Source of the DNA: a virus | Reading direction: 5' to 3' (one strand) | DNA: 64,000 nucleotides | Virus record (IMG/VR): IMGVR_UViG_3300034104_002622 | Location: 1 to 64,000 of that record | In this document: positions 9,116 to 19,800 of the stretch, piece after piece | How positions within the stretch are numbered: the first letter of the stretch is position 1 | Layout: every line of letters starts with the position of its first letter | Made by a program: the position numbers and the translations under genes | Notes under the pieces: generated by a model | The model's input: only the letters and a program-made list of their open reading frames with translations | Told to the model about the DNA's origin: nothing | Database searches by the model: none

Positions 9116-11287
9116 ATGGCTATCGTAAATGAATGGCAACAAGTTAAGTCTTTTCCAACTCCAGTTCCTTCTGATCTTTTATTCTATGAAATAAAAGATT
9201 CAAACATTCCTAGGAATGAGAATTGGAATTATGGAGATCCACATCCTAATAAAACTAGGTATCCAGACCATGAATTGATTTTTGTTACTCCTGTTGTAAA
9301 AGGTTCTAATCCAAGCGCGGAACAACAATGGTGGTATGCTGCTAAGCGTGAGAATCAGGACGACTACAACTTCTCTTATACAAAAGCCGACATCGGTGGC
9401 ACAAGATTCGACGCTGTAGCTCGCACCTACGTCACGCTCCGTTCAGCGTTCACGCCAGACACTCCAGCAATGGGAGCGACTATGCCGAACGACCCTGAGT
9501 CCCTTTTTACTGGAGCTTACGTCCTCGCCGAGAAACGGCAGACTCGTATCGGTGAGCAGGAACTCGATTCTCTCTACGTCGCGGAAACGCACGTTTATGT
9601 GAAAAGGGCAACAATCACCAACAACGGTTTCAACGAAGCCCTCGGCGTGAATCTTTCCCGCACCACCACCCTGTATTACCGGGGCGAGACGGTTAGCGGA
9701 GTCGCTATCGAGACACTAGTGGCCGACGACAAAAACGCCTATTGGGGGACGCAAGTGAACCTCAAGATTTCTCGCTCTGGCGAGCAGCTTTCCGATAACT
9801 GGTTCGCCGTTACTGAGCAGCAGATCACCCTCAAGCGCGAAACTAGCGGGGCACTCACCGATGATTGGCCGATTGGGCAAGTCAAGAGTAAGGCCAGAGA
9901 AAACCCCACTCCACAGAAGTTCCGCGCAAGCACGAATGTAGTGCAGACCACCACCCCCATTGATCTTGCGGCGGCCAACGTGGACAACCTTCCGGCACCC
10001 GCTACACCTACCGGCGATGAGGTGGAGGTTCAAGTAACCAAGATCAATGATTACCGATACGAAAAGAAGATCACAACGGAGACAATCGACACGGATAACC
10101 CTTTGACGGGGACTGAGTGGGTTGCAGCTTTTGGCGGAGGAATCTTGACTACGGAGGAAACACTCGCATCTGAAAGAACGAATGCCGCAGGTGGATTTAG
10201 CATTATCAAAAGCAAAGTCACACCAATTGGTCAAGGTAAGTTCATTGAGGAAGTTGGGACGATGGATTCTTTCCCTTCATTATCAGGCTCCAAGTATGAC
10301 GCCGATCTTGACATCAATCTGCCATTTACCGAGCAAGTTGTTCAGGCGGGGACTAATAGTCCGGGTAGTGACACTGAACCTATTGACGAATACCGCTCTA
10401 AGGAACGCACCGTAGACCGTTCTGCTGTCCAAGCTGCACTAGCCGGGATTCATCTCACCCTGCCATCTCAGGAGAACATCCAACTCCCCAATGTCTTGAA
10501 GAGCGTTTCGGTTTTAGCGTCTCGTTCGGTAGGTAACGGCAACACTTACGGATGGGGTAACTCTTACAGCGGGTCAAACACTAGCTCGTTAGCCGTCAGT
10601 GCCGATCTGACTTACGAGATTGAAGAGGGGTATAGTGGGCCAGTTGCTTCCGAGATTCATGTGTTTTTCCTACCGTTAGGTGGATCATCTCCGGGAGATA
10701 TACTGGCTGCGGTAAATGCCGAACCGTGGCCAATGTATCGGCCTATCTCATCTCGCATCGTCATTTCTGGCAACGGAGGAAAACGATCTTTCTCAGAAAG
10801 TGTATCGGATAATTCTGCCTCGGCCAGTGAGAGTTCTTTGGTTTCTGCATTTACAAATGTAGGCGTACTGCCTGCAACTCTACACGGTACAATGGAAATT
10901 GGAGTAACATACTCCGATTTTACATCTCCAGCAGGGCTACTAGACGCGACTTGGGCAGCGAATGTTGCAGCCAATGAAGCGCGTGTTCAGGCTGTCCGCA
11001 ATGCTCTTGAAACAATTCCTCCAACTTATGCGGGGGAAGCAGTAACGCCCTTACAAAAGCAACTCCTACTGACGAAGCTAGAAACTATTGAGAGCACTAT
11101 GACCGTCAAAACCGACTTTGATCCCACTGATGCTGAAGTGATTGTATCACCTGATACTTTAGCAGCTACATCTCCGACAGGCATACAATACGGACGCTTC
11201 GTCAAATCTAGTTCCGCAAGCATTTATGGCTACGGAATGGTGCGCGTTACCGCAGTGGTTGTGGATCTCTCAGTTCTAGCCCCCTAA
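9116..11287 (+). CDS. Virion (tail) structural protein
   Basis: 723-aa T/S-rich ORF in the structural module; no motif recognised. Confidence 0.55.
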   Translation: MAIVNEWQQVKSFPTPVPSDLLFYEIKDSNIPRNENWNYGDPHPNKTRYPDHELIFVTPVVKGSNPSAEQQWWYAAKRENQDDYNFSYTKADIGGTRFDAVARTYVTLRSAFTPDTPAMGATMPNDPESLFTGAYVLAEKRQTRIGEQELDSLYVAETHVYVKRATITNNGFNEALGVNLSRTTTLYYRGETVSGVAIETLVADDKNAYWGTQVNLKISRSGEQLSDNWFAVTEQQITLKRETSGALTDDWPIGQVKSKARENPTPQKFRASTNVVQTTTPIDLAAANVDNLPAPATPTGDEVEVQVTKINDYRYEKKITTETIDTDNPLTGTEWVAAFGGGILTTEETLASERTNAAGGFSIIKSKVTPIGQGKFIEEVGTMDSFPSLSGSKYDADLDINLPFTEQVVQAGTNSPGSDTEPIDEYRSKERTVDRSAVQAALAGIHLTLPSQENIQLPNVLKSVSVLASRSVGNGNTYGWGNSYSGSNTSSLAVSADLTYEIEEGYSGPVASEIHVFFLPLGGSSPGDILAAVNAEPWPMYRPISSRIVISGNGGKRSFSESVSDNSASASESSLVSAFTNVGVLPATLHGTMEIGVTYSDFTSPAGLLDATWAANVAANEARVQAVRNALETIPPTYAGEAVTPLQKQLLLTKLETIESTMTVKTDFDPTDAEVIVSPDTLAATSPTGIQYGRFVKSSSASIYGYGMVRVTAVVVDLSVLAP

Positions 11288-11291
11288 CACC

Positions 11292-11972
11292 ATGGACGCA
11301 GGAAACTTACAAGCAATCATAGACGAAGCGCTGAAGTCCGCCTCGGATGAAGCGAACCGCCGCTTGGCTGCGCAGGATAAAAAACTACCACCGATCAATA
11401 CTACGGTTGAAGCGTCAGGCCAGACAAACTACCGTCAACCTGCACAGCTTGAGCAGCGTGTTACAGAGATGCGTTTCGACCCCCCACCGCCCGTAGCACC
11501 TAAGCCGGAAGGAGTAATAGGTGACACCCTTCTACTCAGCGCCGGGAGCGGCGATGGGCAGGCTCATCAATGGAAGGTCACAGCCGCGACGAATCAAGGA
11601 GTGAACGTGACGGGTGGCGTTTTTCGCAGTCAAGGGGATTTCGACCAAGCGGATGTGCCCGATGTTGTTGAGTTGGAAGTAGGGGCTAGTGGGTATGTAA
11701 TCCTTACCGTTATCCGCGACATTGATTCCCGCGAAGTAGTTGAGATACCAGAAATCTCGTATGTTGAAGGCGACCTGCCCGAATCAGATTACAACAATCA
11801 AATTATCCCGCTCGCCAAAGTCACCTTTGAAGATGGAGTAATAACCAACATCCTCCAACTAAAATTTGAAGAGTTGCATGTATTCGAGGATCTGGTGGTG
11901 GTCAATGGGGAATTTAGGTTTGCTGAGTTGCTGATGGCTGGGCGCAAAATTTACGAGCTACCACCACCATGA
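11292..11972 (+). CDS. Hypothetical virion protein
   Basis: 226-aa ORF, coupled to its neighbours. Confidence 0.6.
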   Translation: MDAGNLQAIIDEALKSASDEANRRLAAQDKKLPPINTTVEASGQTNYRQPAQLEQRVTEMRFDPPPPVAPKPEGVIGDTLLLSAGSGDGQAHQWKVTAATNQGVNVTGGVFRSQGDFDQADVPDVVELEVGASGYVILTVIRDIDSREVVEIPEISYVEGDLPESDYNNQIIPLAKVTFEDGVITNILQLKFEELHVFEDLVVVNGEFRFAELLMAGRKIYELPPP

Positions 11973-12967
11973 GTCAGGGAGTCTATACACGGATGAAGCG
12001 GTTTGAGTTTGTCAAAGGCTGGGTTACTGGTGGGACAGATCCAGCGGACGGCAGTGTGGAGTGTGGAGATGGAACACACTATCCCCTAGAAGCTACGCTC
12101 GACCAGATTGCAGAAATTTATTATAGGGCTAGGGATTCCTATTTGACCGGATCAATAACCACAACATACACATCTAGTTCTGCTCCTGAATTACTAGCAA
12201 TAACGACAACTGGATTTACAGGGACACCCTCGACCGATTTAGTTGAGTCTGGGGTAACGTCTGAGGGGGAAACTACTTTATCACAAAGAGCTTACTCAAC
12301 AGGGGACGTTGCTGGTTTTGCTCAGTATTTTGGAAGTGCTTACAGTGTTAATGGACAGGATTTCTATGATGCAAATAGTGAGTTAGCTATCTACTCGTTG
12401 CCGTTCAATAGTTATAACTCTAGATCTGGATTGACTCAGAATTTTTTTACTACTTTTTCAGAGGATGCGGTTCGCTTTCACCCTATAACTATGCCGTCTT
12501 TCTATTCGGCGTATCACGAAATCTATCGTAATGATACTACTGCCCCCCAGTCAGGCATATACATTTACGAAGCAATCTCTTCCTCAACAGGAGCATTCTC
12601 TTCCTCAGGAGGAGTGCAAATAGCGTGGATTGATGATAACGAATCTGGAAATCCATTAGATCCGTTAAATAGAAAATTTATCAATTTTCATTTTGCGCTT
12701 CGACAAAATTTTATATATGGTGGCGCTGAGCCATCTTATTCGACATTTCAGAGCTACGATACTTCAAATACTTTAGTCAATTTTAATGTAGAGCTTTCCA
12801 CTTCAACTCTTAGTTGCCCACTTTACGCTGGGAATCGTGGTTATGCCGCGTTTGACGGAATAACTCATTCAGGAGGAATAAATTTAGTGGTGACTAAATG
12901 GTGGCCATACGCCAAGGACTCCCCCGCTGTCCCTGTCTGGGACGCGGATACGGGGTTAAAACTCTAA
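11969..12967 (+). CDS. Hypothetical virion protein (receptor-binding candidate)
   Basis: 332 aa, S/T/Y-rich; AT-richer central part suggests a variable module. Confidence 0.5.
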   Translation: MSQGVYTRMKRFEFVKGWVTGGTDPADGSVECGDGTHYPLEATLDQIAEIYYRARDSYLTGSITTTYTSSSAPELLAITTTGFTGTPSTDLVESGVTSEGETTLSQRAYSTGDVAGFAQYFGSAYSVNGQDFYDANSELAIYSLPFNSYNSRSGLTQNFFTTFSEDAVRFHPITMPSFYSAYHEIYRNDTTAPQSGIYIYEAISSSTGAFSSSGGVQIAWIDDNESGNPLDPLNRKFINFHFALRQNFIYGGAEPSYSTFQSYDTSNTLVNFNVELSTSTLSCPLYAGNRGYAAFDGITHSGGINLVVTKWWPYAKDSPAVPVWDADTGLKL

Positions 12968-13100
12968 TTTGACACGCTCGCGTAATCTGCTCTTTCAAAC
13001 AAATCAAATAGGGTGACAATCCCTAAAACTTTATTGGATTTTAATTATTTTCAATCTTCTCTTGTCTTTTAAGCAAGGGGTAATTACTATTTCTCAAAAG

Positions 13101-13763
13101 ATGGCAAAGCAAATCACATTAGAAGAGGCGATTGTTCAGTTTGGGCCGCTTGTTTCCACAAGGGTAGAAATTGAAGATGCAATTCGTGAGGCGGTTACTC
13201 GCATTTATGAAATGGGTCGTTACCCCGGTACCATTCGCGAACTTTCTTTTAGTGATGGAGATTTTGTTAATGAAGATGATTTGATGTTTTTGTATCTGGA
13301 TGATTCTCTTTACGATGGAATGATTGGTTTCCGTAACAAGAATAGGGGTTGGTCAATCATGGATCAAAGCATTCTCTATTTGAATAAATTGAATGGAGGC
13401 GATATGTCGCTGATTGACATGGGACAGGTTGAAATCACTGTTGATTCCCAGCTTGTTTTACGCAGGAAATACCGTATGCCTCTTGGATTCACCATATCTG
13501 GTGGACCTTATTACGCGTTAATGAAGCTGGAAGCTCCTACACTTCTGCATAATACTATTATTCCAATTCACTCAATTGGAGCTTTGAAGGCTGCGATCAT
13601 AGCAATTAGTTATGAGTATGTGAATGATGATGAAAGAGCTCAATTCAATTGGAGTAAATTTACTCAACTAATGCAACTTTCCGAAAGGCAAGTTGAAGGA
13701 TCTAAAAAATACCACATCGGCATGGACTCAAGTCTACGCCGTCGTCCAACTCAATTCATGTAA
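13101..13763 (+). CDS. Head-tail adaptor / tail tubular-like protein (tentative)
   Basis: ATG at 13101; N- and C-terminal helices flank a beta core; lies before the ejection-type genes. Confidence 0.45.
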   Translation: MAKQITLEEAIVQFGPLVSTRVEIEDAIREAVTRIYEMGRYPGTIRELSFSDGDFVNEDDLMFLYLDDSLYDGMIGFRNKNRGWSIMDQSILYLNKLNGGDMSLIDMGQVEITVDSQLVLRRKYRMPLGFTISGGPYYALMKLEAPTLLHNTIIPIHSIGALKAAIIAISYEYVNDDERAQFNWSKFTQLMQLSERQVEGSKKYHIGMDSSLRRRPTQFM

Positions 13764-13767
13764 AAAT

Positions 13768-15429
13768 ATGAGTGAACGTAATTCACGCTTAAACGAAGAC
13801 ATTGCACCAAGGCTGGGGCAAGATCCCGGACTGCCCACAAAGCAGGAGAGGACTGAGATTGCACAGGCGCGGAGAAGGGAGCAGGATATTGGTAAGTTTG
13901 CCCGTGAAGCTAAGAGGAATGGCGACTTGCGAGGGTATCTTGAAGCTGTTAGAGCGGGTTATACGAATCGTGGGATAGAAAACACTAAGGACAAGGATGC
14001 TCGTTACCGCGAGACTGGATACCAGCGCTTTGTAGCGGGTTCTACGGGGGTTGGCGGACAGCAGCCCGCTGGAGGCGCACAACCAACATCTCGCCTAGAT
14101 GCCAGCCCCACGCCGAGACTGGACGCACAGGGAGCTGCTGGGACATCCCCAGAGAACCCCAGAAGCGCTGCACAGGGATCTAGTGGTGGCCAATGGGTGA
14201 ATGTAGGTGGAGCACCATCAGCAGCCCCTGTAGGCACTACAGCGCCAGTAGCAGGGCAACCAGCAGCGCCAACCAAGCCTAAGTCATTCTTTGAGGAGAG
14301 AGCTTCTGGCAGACAGGCATTTGTGGACACCGTTGGAACTCTTCGCGGTAAGCAAGGCGGAATGACTCCAAAAGAGACTGAACAAGCTAAGGCTCGTGGA
14401 GCAGCGCTTGGCCTTACCCCTCAGCAGATACAGGAAACACTGGACGGGCAAACCGATCTTTCTCCTGAGGCTATTGCTGGCAGAGCCAAGGGGAGGAAAG
14501 AAGAGGCTTACCAGAAGGAATTTGGGGACAGTGATAAGCAATGGGCTAAGCTTCTTGAGAAGTATCCTGATCAAAAAGCAATGCTAGAAGGGCTCACTCC
14601 TCAGCAGAAAAAAGACGCTTTGGCAAAAGGCAAAGAAAATGCTGGAGAAAAGATTGCTAGTGCAAAAGCAAAAGGGGGTCGGGCAGGTAGAGAAGTTCAA
14701 GATTCTTTGGATAGAATTGATGCCTTCATGGAAAAAGCTGATGATGCCTCAGCCACAAGAGAAGGATTCAAAGATTCTCGCTCAAAAAGACTATCTGAAA
14801 AACCAATGCTCGTAGGGGGTAAGGATGTTGCGAAAGCTACGGATGAGGATCGTCGTATGTGGGCGGAAGAGAGCCAACGCAGGAAAGTGGACGCTAATCG
14901 TCCTTCGTTAAATCAATTCATGGATTCATTAGATGATTCCCCTGGCCCTCTTGATAAGCGTCCTGAGATGGACGCTCGTGGAATGCTAGCTGATCAACAG
15001 CCTATTCTTAATGAAACTGCATTACGTAGTGACGCAAAACCGAAAACATTGAGAAATGATTTAGAGGCTACATTAAAAGGCGCTTATGATGTGACAATCG
15101 GAGACTACCAAAGATACAACATCAAAAACAACGCCGAAGCAAACAAAGCAAAAGAACAAGGAAAACTTAAAGAGAATGATGCGTTGATCAATGCCATAAA
15201 TTACACTCATGGGAATACGGGTGACGCAAAAATACCAACCAGTGAGGATATTTCTGCCTACGCTCAAAAAAACAAAGTGTCAGTGAAGGAAGCTGGTAAA
15301 ATATTAAAGAAGAAATCCGCCGAGGCTAGAGGCGAGGCCCCCACAGCACAAATTGACACAAGCAAAGCCTCTAAGGAATTTCGCTCTGGTTACGACAACC
15401 TCAGAGCGCTAGAATCATTCACTATTTAA
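13768..15429 (+). CDS. Internal virion/ejection-type protein
   Basis: ATG at 13768; low-complexity, helical, A/K/Q-rich. Confidence 0.55.
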   Translation: MSERNSRLNEDIAPRLGQDPGLPTKQERTEIAQARRREQDIGKFAREAKRNGDLRGYLEAVRAGYTNRGIENTKDKDARYRETGYQRFVAGSTGVGGQQPAGGAQPTSRLDASPTPRLDAQGAAGTSPENPRSAAQGSSGGQWVNVGGAPSAAPVGTTAPVAGQPAAPTKPKSFFEERASGRQAFVDTVGTLRGKQGGMTPKETEQAKARGAALGLTPQQIQETLDGQTDLSPEAIAGRAKGRKEEAYQKEFGDSDKQWAKLLEKYPDQKAMLEGLTPQQKKDALAKGKENAGEKIASAKAKGGRAGREVQDSLDRIDAFMEKADDASATREGFKDSRSKRLSEKPMLVGGKDVAKATDEDRRMWAEESQRRKVDANRPSLNQFMDSLDDSPGPLDKRPEMDARGMLADQQPILNETALRSDAKPKTLRNDLEATLKGAYDVTIGDYQRYNIKNNAEANKAKEQGKLKENDALINAINYTHGNTGDAKIPTSEDISAYAQKNKVSVKEAGKILKKKSAEARGEAPTAQIDTSKASKEFRSGYDNLRALESFTI

Positions 15430-15432
15430 CCA

Positions 15433-16824
15433 ATGCCATACGAAACCTACACAAATGATTCGGACGCTCAGTTTGCAGCGCAGATTGACCGTTACAAGCT
15501 TGGACCGGGAGTAAGTCCGGGTGGTAATGCTTTTGCTGCTTCTGAAGCCATGATGGATTCCTTGGGGAATGACAACATGAACGTGGCTAAGTTGATGCAA
15601 GCAAGGGCTGCGTTGCACGGAAGCTCAATGGATACGAGGAAGTTGATCAGTGATGACCGGATGCTGAAGCAGGATTTGGACGAGTTTGATTCTTACAGTA
15701 AGATGATGGAAGCTGGTGTCACTGGCGACCCGCTAGAGGACGCAAAGCTTCGCAAGAGGGCTGTATTGCAGTTTGGTGACAATGAGCGCGTGAATAGGCA
15801 TTTGAGCGCCTTTGCTGCGGCAGATGCGGGAGTGATCCAAGGACGTAAAGCTATTTCTGAAAACCGACAGCTTGATTACGAGGATGAAACTTGGGACGAG
15901 CGTAGGGATCTTGATCGTCAGATGCTCTCAATAAGTAAGCAAAAAAATGATTTGGAAATGGTTAGGCAGAATGATCTTATGACTGCTACTAACGAGAATG
16001 TTGGGACGCTTGTGTATGGGAGTGCTGGAGCAATGATTGATAAGAATGGCGCTCTTGCTTCATCAATAACGAAGGCAGCTTATCATTTAAGGGATGACCT
16101 TGAGATGAGTAAAGCTCTTGGAAAAGCTTCTTCAGTAATGTCTCAGACTTACGGATTGGAGTCAGTGTATGCTGAGCGTCACAAGAAAAACGCCCCAGCC
16201 ATGGCGGTAATATCCCAAAAGGTTGGAATGAATGCTGATGACATTGACGATCCGGCGATGTATGACGTTTTTTTAGCCAAGGCTAAAGCTGTGATTGAAA
16301 GTGGGCCAGAGAATGAAAAGGAAGGAGCTTTAGCGGCTCTTGATAACCACGCTTCGATGAAAGGGATTTTCTTGCAGAGAAGTGCCTTGGAAAAAGATTT
16401 CAACTCCCACCTAGATAAAAGGCCAGCAAACCTATCCAGTCCTCAAGGGGAGGAGTGGAAGGCTGGGCTTGTAGCTCTTAGGGAGAAAGCAACATTTATT
16501 GGTGGTCATATCGCCAAGAAGCAAGAAGAGCTCAACGACCAGCTTTCTAAGCAGGATGCGTATACGAAGGCTGCACTTCAGATTCAACGGATGAAGAAAA
16601 ATGACGCTGAGATGAAAAATTCAGCATCTCGCATTATGTTAGCTGAGCGCGCTCATGAATGGAACGTAGAAAAATTTAGCAGGACGGAGAAGTTAAGGCT
16701 TTTGCAAATGGCTATGCCTGATAAGAAAAAAGCAGAACTTGAAGTTGAATTGGAACTTCTTAAGAATGAATTTGAGGAGATGGAGTTGAACTCCTCTTCT
16801 GGAAATGGCTCGCTTATTGATTGA
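15433..16824 (+). CDS. Internal virion/ejection-type protein
   Basis: 463 aa, all-helical; precedes the giant gene. Confidence 0.55.
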   Translation: MPYETYTNDSDAQFAAQIDRYKLGPGVSPGGNAFAASEAMMDSLGNDNMNVAKLMQARAALHGSSMDTRKLISDDRMLKQDLDEFDSYSKMMEAGVTGDPLEDAKLRKRAVLQFGDNERVNRHLSAFAAADAGVIQGRKAISENRQLDYEDETWDERRDLDRQMLSISKQKNDLEMVRQNDLMTATNENVGTLVYGSAGAMIDKNGALASSITKAAYHLRDDLEMSKALGKASSVMSQTYGLESVYAERHKKNAPAMAVISQKVGMNADDIDDPAMYDVFLAKAKAVIESGPENEKEGALAALDNHASMKGIFLQRSALEKDFNSHLDKRPANLSSPQGEEWKAGLVALREKATFIGGHIAKKQEELNDQLSKQDAYTKAALQIQRMKKNDAEMKNSASRIMLAERAHEWNVEKFSRTEKLRLLQMAMPDKKKAELEVELELLKNEFEEMELNSSSGNGSLID

Positions 16825-16842
16825 TAACTATTACATAAAACA

Positions 16843-19800
16843 ATGAATTTCGATAATTATGACTACGGTAGCAATACAGATCAACTTCAAGAAGATCAGC
16901 CAATTAAGGCTCCTGTGGAGTTTGATTTCACTGATGCACTGGGAATTGTTAAGGCCGATAAATGGGTTGGAGCAAACCAAACTCGCCGCATAGCCACTGT
17001 AGACAAGGCTTTTGAAAAGATTGTCGAACAAGCCGAATCAGACAAATCACGTAAGATTAAATGGAATCGCCTTGGTGGAAACAAGGAGCTAGTCGAAATG
17101 CCTTTGTTTCATTCGGATGGAAGCTGGACATCCCAAGGGAAAGAATGGCTTGGTCAGCAAAGGAATTATCTAGAAGCTGCCGCTAATGACGAAACTGGTG
17201 GGATGGTAGTAAATCCTTTGTCTGGAGAATTTGAGATTGCTTCGCATTTGGCCCCGCTACTTGGAAGGAAGCAAAAACAATTTGATCCATTCAAGGATTT
17301 TGACGACATCAAACAAGATGTGGAAAGTGAAGTCGTTGATGGCAAGCCACGAGATTTTACATATGAAGCATTTCTTGAGCGAGTTAATCAAGGTAAAGAT
17401 CCTGATTCTCCATCTGCAATTGATCCTGATAACAAAGCGATGCGTGAGCAGTTTGAATCGCGTAAAAGATTAAATGATTTTGATCCTTCTACAATGGGCA
17501 ACACTCCATTTTTAATGAAAGAGGGAGTCCCTATTTTCAATCCCAAAATGCTCAATGAGCCAACAAAAATTGAAAGCGCTATTGAAACTTCTGAATTGTC
17601 TGTTGCTGATAAGAAAATGGCCCTTATCAATTTTCGTGACACTTACAATAAACTTGGTGCCGGAATAGTTAATGAGGTTTCAGATGCAGATGATATGCAG
17701 ATGCACAAGATGCCTTTGAATGCAATTGCTGATATTTTTGGCGTTGACCGTAATAATATTAGCAAACGCTTTCGTGACCATATGGCTCAGGAAGGTGGCA
17801 AGGGTTCACTGTATACTTTCATTAAAGAGAATGAAGCTGAGTTTAGTGGTGAACAGTTTGGATGGGCTGATAAACTCAATAATGCTTTTTGGAATGCTAA
17901 CCGCTCAACAGGTGGTGGTGCGTTATGGCTACTTACTGCTGGACAGAATAAAGGAGTGAATCAATTTCTTTCTGATTCAGCTCGTTCTTCCGATAGTGCT
18001 TTTGAAGGAATGGGAGGAGTTGAGAACTACCGTGTGCTTGGAATGGATTTCACCAACAAGGGCATGTATGACATGGCTGGGCAGGTTGCTTCAATGCTTG
18101 CTACTGGCGGTGCTAGTTTGGCTTTGAAGGGTGGTATCAAAGCGGCTGGCACAGTTGCTGGCGCTACTGCTGGTTCTCTTGTTCCTAAAGCTGGTGTTCT
18201 TGGAGCTGCGGCAAAAGGAGTGATGGCTTCAGATGAGGCTATTTTAGCCGCGACTAAAGCTCTTGCCCCAAACACTGCTAAGAATTTAACGATCAAAGCG
18301 CTTCGTGATCCATCTGCTTACATTGGTGGTCTTCAAGCTTCGGGTATGTCTTTTGGTTCCACCTTTAATCAAGTGATGGAAGAAACTGGTGACTATGATT
18401 TAGCTACTAAAAAAGCTAACATCGAAGGTATTTCCAGTGGTCTTTCTGCTTTTATTGCTACATCTGTTTTCAACCGGATTGCTCCGGGTGCTGAAAAGAT
18501 GATGACAGGGGTTGAGGGATCGTTGAGCGGCAGCATTGCGTCAAGGATAGCATTTGCCAAGGCTAGTGGCAGCTCCGCTACAAGAAAGGCGACTATTAAA
18601 GCCTTTGAAGACTTAGCTACAGACGAGGTGACCCGTAAGCTCTTATCTAAGGGAATGGCTGAAGCGGCGGATAAAGCTGCTAAACAAGCTGGACTAAAGG
18701 GATTTGGTCCTGCTGCTGGCGTTGTTTCGGAGTTCTTTGAGGAATCTACAGATACAGCACTCAATGATGTCATTAGCGCCGTATTGGATGATTCCAAGAC
18801 TTGGACGGATACTGTCTGGGACAACATCGGGGAGAAGTTTAGCGAGTATATGGCTGCTGGTGTAATGGGTGCTTTTGGTGGCGCTATGGGTGAAAGCGTT
18901 GGTGGTCTTACTTCGTTCTCCAAAGCCAGTCGAGAACAGCGAGCCAAAGCCGTAAAGGAACACGCATTTGCCAAATGGGAGACGATAAAAGGAAACATTG
19001 ATAGTTTTGGTGAATCAGAGATTGCTGACAAGGATGGTAAGTTTCGCCCTATTGCTGAGTTTTTAGCTTGGGATGGAGCTACTTCAGAAGAGAAAAGTAA
19101 GGCATTGGTAAATGCCGCTAGGGAGCGCACAGGGCTCCAGATCTCTCTTGAAGGGCGAGCAGTCGCTCCGGTAGTCGCAAAGCCCCCTGAGGCAGTAGAG
19201 AAGCCCAAGGAGGGAGCTTCTATAATGGATGACCTATTTGAGTCCAGACCAAAGGACGAGAATGGTAACGACATGGAATGGCAGGAAGCTAAGATCACCT
19301 ACGGACCAGAGCATAAGCTTGTGTTGGGTGGCAAGGAGGTAACGATGCAGCAGGTTGACCTTCCAAGGGATGAAGGGGTGGGAGCTCTCATTACCGATGC
19401 TGACGGCAAGAAGACGCACATCTCGGCTGCAAAGGCGAAGAAGATGCTAGAGGAGTCTAAGCCCCTTAAGAAAGGGCTTCGCGTCGGAGCTAGTCCTGAG
19501 ATGAAGCAAAGAGCAGCAATGCTTGAAAGATTTTCCGCTGATTCAAACCCAGCGCAATATGCAAAGAAAAATGAAACCAGTAAACAAAGCACAACAGTTG
19601 ATGCAGATAATAAGCAAATCGCACCTCCCAGCGAAACGCGTTCAAGAGATAGCGCTCCGCCCCAAGATGACGGCGATAGCGGAATTGCAGGGGATGGCGG
19701 GGCTAAGCAGACACGACAGTCAGACATTGGTGCACCTACTTCAACAACCCTAATTCCAGCGGCACAGAAACTTTTAGATGAAAAGGTTTCTGAAGAACGT

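Noticed and set aside
4733-12967. Diversity-generating retroelement acting on fibre genes
   Set aside because: No reverse transcriptase, and no repeat pair differing only at adenines was seen
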